Shown here in pieces: positions 28,795 to 38,168 of a stretch of 64,000 nt of DNA. This DNA comes from a virus. The notes under the pieces are model-generated. The model saw only the letters and a program-made list of their open reading frames with translations, was not told the DNA's origin and made no database searches. The first letter of the stretch is position 1, and each line of letters begins with the position of its first letter. The stretch lies in IMG/VR virus record IMGVR_UViG_3300009155_000038; one strand, 5' to 3'. Made by a program: the position numbers and the translations under genes.

Positions 28795-31700
28795 TTACTG
28801 CCCTGTGGGCGGGCCAAGGGCAACCGGCGCGCCGCCGTCTGGTGTTTCTTCCATGCGCTGCCCTGTTGCAGCCAGTATGGCTTCACGAAGACCATTTAAT
28901 GTCAGCGTGCCGTTAACCTTCATTGACTCTGCCTGTGGTCGGCTACGATCGTTGCCGGGCTGACTGGTGTTAGTTGTACTTTGCGCAGCACTTACACCAG
29001 ACGGAGATTGCTGCTGCTGTACGACGGCGCCGCCATCTTTCACGATCGCCTTTTCTCGTTTTTCGAGTTCTTTGTATCGCGTGTTATCCTCATAAGACGC
29101 AAACACCTTATTACCCCAAAAACTGGTGGCTTTTCTATCATTGATTTCACCCATTTCTTTGCGAACAAAGCTTAATGGGTCGCCGGAATCAAGTTCATTT
29201 TTGCGCTGCGTGAGGTCTTTGTGTTTCTGTGAGTCCGCATCTGTTCGAAACGTGCGGCCGTAACGATTTGTCGTTGACCGGCTTTCGATCTCTGATAACT
29301 GTTCTTGAACAAGTGCCGATTCTGTAGCGGGCTGCACAGCACGCGGTAACTGCTGTGTCCCCCCGTTCGCAGCATCACGATTTGCAGCTTGCTGTTGCTG
29401 CTCGGGCGTCATGACGTTGTTAGACGACACGCCCTGCTGCTTAGATAACGCCGTGTGTAACCGATCAAAGTTCTGTTGGTCTTGCTGCGTGAAGTTGTAA
29501 CCGGGTCCGCCATACTCGGCTGGGAAGTTTGTAATCCCGCGCGACGTGGTCGCGGCCTGTTTCATTTTTTGCAGGCCAGCAGCCCGTTCTTCTGGGCTAA
29601 ACTGATTGAACAATTCAACTGCTGCGGCGTCGGGCAGTGACAGCAATAATTGTTTACTGGTGTCGTCGCGTACTAACGAATCTATGTAGGCAGCAGACGG
29701 GTTTTTCTTAATGTTATCAATGAGTTGTTGCTGCTCAGGCGTAACTTTTTCAGTTACGCCAAGCTTTTTGTAGTCGTAGACTGCCGCAGCGCCGTCAGAC
29801 GCCGGGACCAGCGTTGCGTCGGAAGCTTTTTCTTCGGCCGTCATCGCGGCGCGCTTTGCTTCACGTCTGGCCGCTACTGATTCGGGATCGAAGCCCTGTC
29901 GTTTTGCTTCTTCTTGTGTCGTGAGGAAAATCTTGTCTAGTATTTCGTGTCGCTTGTCCTTGTCAGAGCTGGTCAACGCGTTGAAATGCTGTTCAGCTAA
30001 TTGCTCGGCTCTCGCGGGGGATGCTTCATCATTTTCGACGAAGTACGCAGCAAGACGTTCTTTTGACTTTGACTCCATGACCTTTGTGCGCTGTTCAGGC
30101 GTAAGGTTCTCTACACCGCCCATATCTTCTACGACAACGTCGGTCAGAATCTTGCTGAGCTTGTCGACAACAGCTTCGCCTTTGATCTTGCCCGTTTCGG
30201 TATCGTCACCGAAACTCTCTTTGCGCAGTTGTTTGTATTCGCGGCTGTTTATTTCAGGCAGCATGCGATCTTTAATACCGCGGCTGACCTCTGACTTAAA
30301 TGCGGCTTCACGTGCCGTAGGTCTGTTAGCAGCTTCAGCTACTGATTGCCCGTTCTGTGCCAGCCCGGGGCTTTCAAGCCCGCCAATTTGACGCGACACG
30401 CGCAGGAACGACGCGCTGCTTCGGGCAGCTTCTTGCTGCTCCTGCGGTAAGTGGCGGATGCTGCGTTCAAACGCGCGCGGATCTTCTTCAAGCGCCGCGA
30501 CAGCAAACGCCTGCACGTCTTTTTCACTAGCGCGGTCACCGAGCATTTCTTGCGCTAGTGCTTTTGCGCCAGCTTGTACGTCGTCCGCCGTGCCAGTGTT
30601 ATACGCCTTAAACAAGATATCTGCGCGCTGTTTCCGCGCAGCGTTAATTTTACGCTCTTGATCAGTGGTGCCGTCAGCTTCTCCGACAGATCGCATTCGC
30701 GCCTTATCGACCAGCGACGCTTTTTCTTCCTCTGTCAGCTTATGATTTTTGTCGTACCCAGCCAGCTCCATGAGTCGTTTTTGTTCCGGGCCGTCTGGAT
30801 TTTCTGCCGCCGCCTCGGCAAGCTTTTTAACTTTTTCTTCGGTGATCGTAGACGCGTTGTACATCGCGCCAGCGTGTACAAGTGCGTCCTGCGCTTCAGG
30901 CGCGTACTTTTTCAGCATCTCGTCTGTTGAGATAACGTGCGTAATTTTCTTTAAAGCTTCAGAGCGAACCATAGGGTCAGACGACGACAAACCTTCTAGG
31001 TTATCGCTGAGGCGCTGTATCCCGTTCGACTCCGTACCGGACGACATAGCTTTTACACGGTCGGCGTGTTTTTCTTGTACGGCCAGATCTGCGTTTTTTT
31101 GCTGTCGGGCTCTGCTGTTGTACTCTTGTTGCACCGTCTCTATGGTCATGCCCGTACGTTGTTTGGCAACGATATCAAACTCAGCGTACGCGGTATTCAT
31201 AGCTTCTCTACGGTCTTCTGGCGTATCGCCGTAGAGTTCGGACATTATTTCCGACGCGCGCTTTTCCGCGGCAGCTTCGCTCAGCCCGCCGCCTTTGTCG
31301 CTTCGAAAATGCGCGGCGTATTCTTCTGTCAGCCGGCGCTCCATTGTTTCAGCCCGCTCTTCTGGCGTCATGTCTGCCGTTTCATTCACGACAATGTCGC
31401 CGAGCTTGTTACTGATCCCCGCCATAAGCGCAACCTTATGTTTGCGCCATTGCTCGTCCGTCATCCCAGCGGGGCGGAACTTATCGTTAAATTCTTTCGT
31501 GTTAGCTTTCGACATTAATTTTTGCCGATGCGCGGTGCCTAAGCGCTGCGTTATTTGATACACGCCCGCGTCTTTCGCGTAGCCCGCTTTCTCGTAGCGT
31601 AAAGTGCCGTCTGTATCGCGAAACGCGGCATTAACAACGTCACGGTCCGCACCAGAGCGCCGGGCGATGTCGAGCACGCCTGAAACGCCCTGCTGTCCGG

Positions 31701-33318
31701 CAATTTGCGCGAGGTTAACTGTTTTGCCGTCGTAGGTGTACGTTTCCTCACCCTTTCGATACGCTTCAGCCGCGGCAGCTAACTCCGTGCCTTTGTATTT
31801 CTTTTCGTTCTCAGTAGCCAACCGGTTTAACGCCGCCAGAGATAAGCCCGTATATGACCGGTCGCCGCGCTGGATAAGCTCTTGATTTTTTCGTTCCGCA
31901 TCTGCTTTTGATAACTTACCCCAGCCCGGTTTGTGCACACCCTGATCGTCCATAGCGTTAGAAGCAGCTATAGCGGTGTTTAATTGATTCATTACAGTTT
32001 CAGCCGGCAGGCCAAGCATCGTTCCGCGCCGTTGCATTTCGTTGCTTACGGCTAACACCTGCTCGTCACTCATGCCGGCTTCGCGCGCGTTTAACCGAAT
32101 CTGCCGAACCATGTTTTCCATCTTGGCCGGCGTCATAGTGGCATTAGCGCCGTTTGTAAGTCCGTTTAAGGCTGTAATTAGCTCCGAAATGGGCGCGTTT
32201 GATTTGCCGTTGTCGCCAAAAAGCTCGCGAATAGCATTAACAGCGCCAGCGTAGTCTTTTACAACTTTACTTGTGCGCTGCGCGTCGATACCGTTGGCGG
32301 CACTGGAGAACCCGCTAAGCTGTTCAATCTCAGCCGCTGATTTTGCGCGCGGGTCGTTCTCTCTAAACTTATCGGCTTCTTTGAATACGCCCTCTAGTTT
32401 AGTTTTATAGCCGTCTCGCTTGTCGGCGAGCATGACTTTGCGCTCTTCGGCCGTGGCGTTAGCGTAGTCATAATCATGTTGTAGCAAGTCGTTATGCGCG
32501 AAATCGTCTACCATCGACTGCATCGTGGCGTCGTCACGTTTTGCAGAACTAATAGCACGTACACGATCTGCCGCTGACAAAGAACCAATACTGCGCGGAA
32601 GCTGTCCCTGCTGAAACAGCTCCTGCATCATGGCGCCGGTAGCGTGACCGCCAAAACCGTGCATATCTTCAACTTTGGCGTTGTCGCCATACAGCTGATC
32701 GTACAATTGTGTTGAAAACGACCGCATGCTTTCGCCAGACATTTGACGCCCGCCCATAGCGTCAGGGCGATAAAAACCCATATGACCGACAGCGCTAGCG
32801 ATTGCTGTTGGGTCACCTTTGGTCCCGTACATAACGTCTTCGACAGTTTCGTGCGGGCGCGGGCCGCCAATCATTGAGGCGGCAAAACCTTTAAACAGCG
32901 GGTTGTTGTATACGCCGGCGCCAGTTTGAGCTTGCTCGCGGTCAAGTTGGGTTGGCGGTAACCCGCCATTTTTAATGGCTTCTATAGCCAGCAATTTCTG
33001 CGCTACGATATCATTACCGTGCTGCGTGAGCGCAGATGTCGCGTGTACAACCGACCGCTGATAAATCGACGACTGATGCTGGTCAGCAAGCGCCTGTCCG
33101 GGCGCTTGATGGGCCAGAAAAGCATCAGGACCGGCCATTGCCTGCACAAGCGCCGGGCCGTACATGTTAGCAAGATAGCTAAAGCTGTCGTCGATATTAT
33201 GCCGGTTCTGGAATGGCGAATAGACTGGCGTGCGGCTGTACTGACTTGGGGTTTGCGGGTTGCCGTAGGTGGACTGGTACGCCAGCGCCCTGTCGAGGTC
33301 GTTGTAATAGTCCGGCAT
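28795..33318 (-). CDS. tape measure protein
   Basis: About 1507 aa, Ala/Glu/Lys/Gln-rich helical composition, downstream of tube and chaperone genes; start moved to ATG 33318 (GAGG SD). Confidence 0.8.
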   Translation of the reverse strand: MPDYYNDLDRALAYQSTYGNPQTPSQYSRTPVYSPFQNRHNIDDSFSYLANMYGPALVQAMAGPDAFLAHQAPGQALADQHQSSIYQRSVVHATSALTQHGNDIVAQKLLAIEAIKNGGLPPTQLDREQAQTGAGVYNNPLFKGFAASMIGGPRPHETVEDVMYGTKGDPTAIASAVGHMGFYRPDAMGGRQMSGESMRSFSTQLYDQLYGDNAKVEDMHGFGGHATGAMMQELFQQGQLPRSIGSLSAADRVRAISSAKRDDATMQSMVDDFAHNDLLQHDYDYANATAEERKVMLADKRDGYKTKLEGVFKEADKFRENDPRAKSAAEIEQLSGFSSAANGIDAQRTSKVVKDYAGAVNAIRELFGDNGKSNAPISELITALNGLTNGANATMTPAKMENMVRQIRLNAREAGMSDEQVLAVSNEMQRRGTMLGLPAETVMNQLNTAIAASNAMDDQGVHKPGWGKLSKADAERKNQELIQRGDRSYTGLSLAALNRLATENEKKYKGTELAAAAEAYRKGEETYTYDGKTVNLAQIAGQQGVSGVLDIARRSGADRDVVNAAFRDTDGTLRYEKAGYAKDAGVYQITQRLGTAHRQKLMSKANTKEFNDKFRPAGMTDEQWRKHKVALMAGISNKLGDIVVNETADMTPEERAETMERRLTEEYAAHFRSDKGGGLSEAAAEKRASEIMSELYGDTPEDRREAMNTAYAEFDIVAKQRTGMTIETVQQEYNSRARQQKNADLAVQEKHADRVKAMSSGTESNGIQRLSDNLEGLSSSDPMVRSEALKKITHVISTDEMLKKYAPEAQDALVHAGAMYNASTITEEKVKKLAEAAAENPDGPEQKRLMELAGYDKNHKLTEEEKASLVDKARMRSVGEADGTTDQERKINAARKQRADILFKAYNTGTADDVQAGAKALAQEMLGDRASEKDVQAFAVAALEEDPRAFERSIRHLPQEQQEAARSSASFLRVSRQIGGLESPGLAQNGQSVAEAANRPTAREAAFKSEVSRGIKDRMLPEINSREYKQLRKESFGDDTETGKIKGEAVVDKLSKILTDVVVEDMGGVENLTPEQRTKVMESKSKERLAAYFVENDEASPARAEQLAEQHFNALTSSDKDKRHEILDKIFLTTQEEAKRQGFDPESVAARREAKRAAMTAEEKASDATLVPASDGAAAVYDYKKLGVTEKVTPEQQQLIDNIKKNPSAAYIDSLVRDDTSKQLLLSLPDAAAVELFNQFSPEERAAGLQKMKQAATTSRGITNFPAEYGGPGYNFTQQDQQNFDRLHTALSKQQGVSSNNVMTPEQQQQAANRDAANGGTQQLPRAVQPATESALVQEQLSEIESRSTTNRYGRTFRTDADSQKHKDLTQRKNELDSGDPLSFVRKEMGEINDRKATSFWGNKVFASYEDNTRYKELEKREKAIVKDGGAVVQQQQSPSGVSAAQSTTNTSQPGNDRSRPQAESMKVNGTLTLNGLREAILAATGQRMEETPDGGAPVALGPPTGQ

Positions 33319-33326
33319 AGTCAACC

Positions 33327-33683
33327 TCAATCCGCTTTATTTTGCAGCTGTTTGTAGCGCTCAATAAGTGCCTGCGTGCTTGTGTCTAGTGTAACATTTT
33401 TGGGTGTTTCTTCGGACGCGTCTGCTTTCAACCACGGAAAACCGGCGTCTTTAATATCCGTCAACAGCGCGTGTGCTTTGTCTTGGACGTTTTTAAAGCT
33501 TTCCGGGGTCAGATTGCCATGGGACAAAAAGGCCAGCCAGTGCTGATGTGCCGCGATTAAAACGTTGTAATCTTCGCGACGCTCTACCTCTCTTATCAGT
33601 AACCGGTGCCTAATTCGCCATTGTCGGTTTCGGGGATCGGCGCCGGTGTAATCAATTGCACCGGACACGGCAGCGCGCACCAT
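33327..33683 (-). CDS. putative tail assembly chaperone (gpT-like part)
   Basis: Directly upstream of the tape measure gene and in the -1 frame relative to 33692..34672. Confidence 0.55.
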   Translation of the reverse strand: MVRAAVSGAIDYTGADPRNRQWRIRHRLLIREVERREDYNVLIAAHQHWLAFLSHGNLTPESFKNVQDKAHALLTDIKDAGFPWLKADASEETPKNVTLDTSTQALIERYKQLQNKAD

Positions 33684-33691
33684 TAACGCTG

Positions 33692-34672
33692 CTACTCGAT
33701 CCCGTTCCAAAAACTTGGTTCAAGCGCCATGGCTTCAAGAGCCTCGACCAACCGCTGGAACTTTCGCAAATGAGCAGCTACGAGCCGGCGCGTTGTTTCG
33801 TGCGCTAATGCTTTGCTGTTGACTTGCTTACGCGCCAGCACAAGCGCTGTTTGCGTTGGCTGGTCCGCTGACGGTGTAAATTGCAGGTCGCCAAGCTCCG
33901 GGTTAGCAACAATTACTTTGCCATCGCCGTCGAGTACAGCCTCAAGCGAGCATGCCATCCTGTATTCAGCCGCCCGCAGAAACCACTCGGCTTCTGACAT
34001 AATCTCGCCGGCATTTTGATCAAGCAGTAACTGCCGCTGCACAAGGAAGTTCTCGTCGCCCAATAGGCTGCGTAAGCGCAGCACCATTTTCCCGCCCAGC
34101 AGCTGGTAGTCTCTGCGGAATCGTGCGCCGCCAAGCATCGTTGCCACGAAGTCAACCTTGTCGTCTTCTGTCACGTCGACGTCAAACTTCTGCATCATGT
34201 CCCAGCCGCATCGCGGGCAAAAAGGCATGATCAACATTGGCCCGAGCCCGACTGACGCTTCGGGTGCCGGGGTTACCGCTGTTTCTTCTTCTGCCTTTTC
34301 AGTTGCGGGTTCTGGCGCTGTTTCTCGGTCATCGACGATTTGCGGCGCATCGTCGCCAACAAACTTCTCGTACGCCGCGCGCACGCTGTCAGACATGTTT
34401 TCCGTGATTTTTGCTTTTTCAGCAGCTTGCGCCTGATCGCGCGCGTAGGCCTTGGCCGCTGCCAATGACTCTTTGACAGTTTTGATATCTTCCTCGCTCA
34501 TGGCGGCGATATCGACCATCACGTCAGTGCGTGGCGACGGCGGCAGTGTTTCTTTTAGCGCTAGCAGCTTGCCGCCAAGATCTGCCGGGATTGGGTCGTT
34601 AACCTTCCACCCAAATTGCTCTAACGTTTTCTTTGTGAAATCAGAAACGTATGGCGTCTCGACCAGTTCCAT
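33692..34672 (-). CDS. putative tail assembly chaperone (gpG-like) with CPRC motif
   Basis: 326 aa, positioned before the tape measure gene; helical C-terminal domain. Confidence 0.55.
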   Translation of the reverse strand: MELVETPYVSDFTKKTLEQFGWKVNDPIPADLGGKLLALKETLPPSPRTDVMVDIAAMSEEDIKTVKESLAAAKAYARDQAQAAEKAKITENMSDSVRAAYEKFVGDDAPQIVDDRETAPEPATEKAEEETAVTPAPEASVGLGPMLIMPFCPRCGWDMMQKFDVDVTEDDKVDFVATMLGGARFRRDYQLLGGKMVLRLRSLLGDENFLVQRQLLLDQNAGEIMSEAEWFLRAAEYRMACSLEAVLDGDGKVIVANPELGDLQFTPSADQPTQTALVLARKQVNSKALAHETTRRLVAAHLRKFQRLVEALEAMALEPSFWNGIE

Positions 34673-34688
34673 AAGTAATCCTTTACTT
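34673..34688 (-). promoter_or_regulatory. CsrA-type hairpin AAGUA-AAGGAU-UACUU over the RBS of 33692..34672
   Basis: 5-bp stem with an ANGGAN hexaloop directly before the ATG. Confidence 0.6.
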
Positions 34689-37562
34689 TCTTGGCATAAT
34701 CGGATAGTTACCGTTCAGGGTCTGCGGCTCGTTTGGCTTTTTGAATTCAGGCGCCTTGTAGACGTTTTCCAGATCCGGCGCAGTACCGCGGTCTTTATCG
34801 CGCAGGCCACCGTTTTGCTTCTCAACGATGTTTAAGTCTTGTGAGACATAGGCTTTTTCGTCGCTTAGCCACTTCTTGCCGGGATACGGCCATGTCTCGC
34901 CAACCGCTTTGTTTGTCGACGGTTTCTCTGTCCACATCTCTGGCTCCGCGCCGGCAAGTCTGGCCATTTGCTGCCAGCGATCTTCGTACAGCTTGAAATC
35001 CTCAATGTTGTACTGCTCGTCAGTGCGGAACGAGAATTCCATGATGTCCATAACGCGCGGATTGCCGGGCTTTTTCTCGCCATACCACTGCTGCGTGAGC
35101 TGGCTTTCATTTATCTTTGTGCCAATTTCTGGCAGTTCTTTAGAGATAAATTGCGTAAGTTTGTCGATGGCGGCGTTGACATCTTTGGCGCATTTCTCGT
35201 CGCAAGGGATTACAAACATGCTGCCCTTCTTACCGATATGGTTTCCCTTTGTCGCCATGAAACCAATCTGCCCGTCGCACAACACGTTGCCCTTGAGAAT
35301 AATATCTTTATCCAGCCCCAGCGGGCCGCACATCAGTGTGAAGTTTTTACGGAACATGTTTGTCTTCTCCACAGGCGCGTCAGCGTTGTTCTGGAAGAAG
35401 TGCAGGATCTCACCACCCTCGTCGACATAGTGGTAAATATGCTTCGACTTAGTCACGATCTCGGCTGAACCACGGCCGGCATCTAACGTGATAACGCCGG
35501 GTTCAATCGAGCTGTCTTTCGACCCTGTACCGAGATACAGCTGATGCGATAGCCCCACGATGTTCGAGTTCGGCGCGCGCAATACAACGCCGCCAAACTT
35601 GACGTCGTCTCCAGCCTGCTCGAAGTCGTACTCCTGTGACTTCGACCGGCTTTCGATAAGTACACCGCCGGGGGTGTCGTCATTGCCGGCCAGCACCAAT
35701 ACGTGATTGCCGCTTTTGATTCTGATATTTTTATCAGTAGTTGTAATATCAGCACTATTTTTAGCCTTGATAATTACGTCGCTGCCGGCCCACGCATGTA
35801 CGTCGCGCCCGCCCTTGAGCCATACGTCACCGGGCGCAGACAAGAACATACAACCGCCGGACATGCGAATCTCAGCGCCATAACCGTCGCCAATCACAAT
35901 GCTGCCGTCTTCCAGCAACGACATGAATGACTCTGTCTCGTAGAAATTCTGTTTGCCGTATCGGTGGTCAATTGTGAACTGCTTGGGCTCTGGCTGCGAC
36001 AAATACATCGAACCCTTCAGATCAGAGAATGTCGGCAGCTTTTGATTAAACTGCGCGTATTCCAGCTCTGACTGTTCCCATGTTTTATAGTCTTTGGCGT
36101 GCCAGTAAAACGGGTGTAGGCCGGCGTAGTTAAACAAGTAGCCGTGTAGATCTAGCACGGCGGCTGCGCGCTGTAGATTTGGCCACTTTTCGTCTGTCGT
36201 GGCAATATCGCCGGTAATCGTGTGCTCTGGGCCATTGCCAAACTTACTCGCCGACTTGTATTCCTGCTCCGCGTCGTCGCCCTCACCAGATTCAGGGCGC
36301 TTAAGGCGCTGCGGCATTGGCAGCAAAATACGTTTAGATATCACTATGCCCTTGGCAGACGTAATAAAATGCCGGCCGTCGAGTGCCGTATTTTGCTCGC
36401 ACAGGCCGAAGACCGGCTTTTCTTCATGCGTCTTGAGCTTGTCTGCCCCGCCGCCACCCGTGTCCGGGGCAGACCCGTCTGAGCTTTTAATATCAGAATC
36501 GTAAACCTGCGCGGGCGAGCCTGAGCCTTCCGACGGCTTATACGTCCAGCGATCTAATCCCTGCGGCGGAGCATGTACGACTGACCGCGCGCCCTGCCCT
36601 AAATACCCGAAGAACTTTTGCGTGCGGTGATAGGGCTGCTGATACTCGTGCTTGTTTTCCCAGTGCGAGTAGTACGGCTTACCCTTGGTTGTCTGGTAGT
36701 CTTTCGGCTGGTACTCCTCAATCATGTCTACGCCGGATTTCAACAAACCAAGCGCTTCCCACGGATACGGCGCATAGCCCGTAGTGTCGTTGCACTCAGC
36801 CTGATCCATGTAAGCGTCACGCTCACTGCCGGCGGTCCAAACCTGCATGTTGTAGCCGGCCAAGCGCAGCAGCGAATCGTGGTAAAACCCGTATACGCCG
36901 CAAAACTCGTTTACGGCGGCCTTAAACATGAAATCGTCGACAACTACGCCAATGCCGGTAGTTGTGATCGCGCCCCACTCGCTGGCTAACGTAGCGTCCC
37001 ACGGCCTCCAAGCGCTCCAGTCGACCATTTGGCCGTTCATGGGCATCTTAATGTACTTTTTGTGGCAGTCGTCTACGCGCTTCCGTGAGGCCTGAGAAAT
37101 GTAGTCGTGATAAGCCCGGGATCCCACATCCAGCACGCTCGGGACAGAACCAAGAATAAAAGCCTGCCCCATTTTGTCATGCAGCATCAACATAACAGGC
37201 GTACCGGGCGCGTACGTGTTAATCGCGCTGGCGCCAACGCATGATTGGCTTGTGTTAGACAGCGCCGCGGCAATTACAGGCGCGTGGCCCTTTTCCACGA
37301 AAACCTTGTAGCAATTAGCGATAGCTGTGCCGTCTACGACATAGCCCATGCACAAGCGACCGGTATCCTGAAAACCGGTCTTAAACCCGACAAGCTTGCT
37401 GTTCGGATCGGCAACGGCCTGTACCTGCGAACCGTACGCAGCCGTAGCCGCTCGGCTGGCAAATTGCGTAGCGTTTTGGAGTCGGCGTACGGCCTGTGTA
37501 TGGTCGTAGCTAGCCGACTGGCCCGAAGCCGAAGTCGGCTTCTGCGGAGGGGTCGCACTCAT
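34683..37562 (-). CDS. putative central tail spike (gp5/gpV/VgrG-like)
   Basis: N-terminal OB-fold-like segment (GYVVDG...PGTPVMLM...AFILGSVP) and a beta-helix-like stretch (DGSIVIGDGYGAEIRMSGG...DVIIKAKNSADIT). Confidence 0.6.
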   Translation of the reverse strand: MSATPPQKPTSASGQSASYDHTQAVRRLQNATQFASRAATAAYGSQVQAVADPNSKLVGFKTGFQDTGRLCMGYVVDGTAIANCYKVFVEKGHAPVIAAALSNTSQSCVGASAINTYAPGTPVMLMLHDKMGQAFILGSVPSVLDVGSRAYHDYISQASRKRVDDCHKKYIKMPMNGQMVDWSAWRPWDATLASEWGAITTTGIGVVVDDFMFKAAVNEFCGVYGFYHDSLLRLAGYNMQVWTAGSERDAYMDQAECNDTTGYAPYPWEALGLLKSGVDMIEEYQPKDYQTTKGKPYYSHWENKHEYQQPYHRTQKFFGYLGQGARSVVHAPPQGLDRWTYKPSEGSGSPAQVYDSDIKSSDGSAPDTGGGGADKLKTHEEKPVFGLCEQNTALDGRHFITSAKGIVISKRILLPMPQRLKRPESGEGDDAEQEYKSASKFGNGPEHTITGDIATTDEKWPNLQRAAAVLDLHGYLFNYAGLHPFYWHAKDYKTWEQSELEYAQFNQKLPTFSDLKGSMYLSQPEPKQFTIDHRYGKQNFYETESFMSLLEDGSIVIGDGYGAEIRMSGGCMFLSAPGDVWLKGGRDVHAWAGSDVIIKAKNSADITTTDKNIRIKSGNHVLVLAGNDDTPGGVLIESRSKSQEYDFEQAGDDVKFGGVVLRAPNSNIVGLSHQLYLGTGSKDSSIEPGVITLDAGRGSAEIVTKSKHIYHYVDEGGEILHFFQNNADAPVEKTNMFRKNFTLMCGPLGLDKDIILKGNVLCDGQIGFMATKGNHIGKKGSMFVIPCDEKCAKDVNAAIDKLTQFISKELPEIGTKINESQLTQQWYGEKKPGNPRVMDIMEFSFRTDEQYNIEDFKLYEDRWQQMARLAGAEPEMWTEKPSTNKAVGETWPYPGKKWLSDEKAYVSQDLNIVEKQNGGLRDKDRGTAPDLENVYKAPEFKKPNEPQTLNGNYPIMPRK

Positions 37563-37626
37563 TGCTTGTCCACCAAAAAGGTGTGGTTACGGGCTTCATG
37601 CCCCGGGCTCTGCAGCCCAATACCAT

Positions 37627-37659
37627 AAACGGCGGTTGCGTTTAACGCAACCGCCGTTT
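37627..37659 (-). terminator. intrinsic terminator after the tail tube gene
   Basis: Perfect 14-bp inverted repeat aaacggcggttgcg/cgcaaccgccgttt; the minus-strand stem ends in a short U run (UUUAUGG). Confidence 0.75.
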
Positions 37660-37687
37660 GGTTTCATTTTACTTTAATCGCTTACGA

Positions 37688-38137
37688 TCAAGTGACGTCA
37701 ATATCGCTGCAGATAAAGGCCAGCTGCTCTGTGATCACGATGTCTTGCGCTGTAACCGACCCGCCGATGCTGGTCAGTGTGGCGTTCGCCAAATCGTACG
37801 TCACGCTGCTGCCGGACTGATTACCGCAACCACCGCCGGCTGTAAGTGTCAGCGTATCGGGCTTACACATGTCACCGAACTTCGACAGCAGCTGCTTGAA
37901 AGCACCGCTGCTGCCGACGATTCGGCTCAGGTTTGCGGTCCCTTGACGACGATTACCGACGTAATACACGTTGTTAGAGCCCAACTCATAGAGCATGTTT
38001 ACAGCGCGCTGCACTGTAAACTGCGCTTGCTGTACAAGCGCTCCGACACCCGACTGACCGCCAAAGAAAACGGTCAGGTCGTCTGCACGGAATGATCCAT
38101 TGTGTGTCTGCGCCTTACCGAAAATGCTATTAGCCAT
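37688..38137 (-). CDS. tail tube protein
   Basis: 149 aa, directly after the sheath gene; QFTVQRAVNMLYELGSNNVYYVG...GTANLSRIVG tube-like pattern. Confidence 0.8.
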   Translation of the reverse strand: MANSIFGKAQTHNGSFRADDLTVFFGGQSGVGALVQQAQFTVQRAVNMLYELGSNNVYYVGNRRQGTANLSRIVGSSGAFKQLLSKFGDMCKPDTLTLTAGGGCGNQSGSSVTYDLANATLTSIGGSVTAQDIVITEQLAFICSDIDVT

Positions 38138-38168
38138 AAGTTCACCTGTTTAATTAATGTGTGACGGA

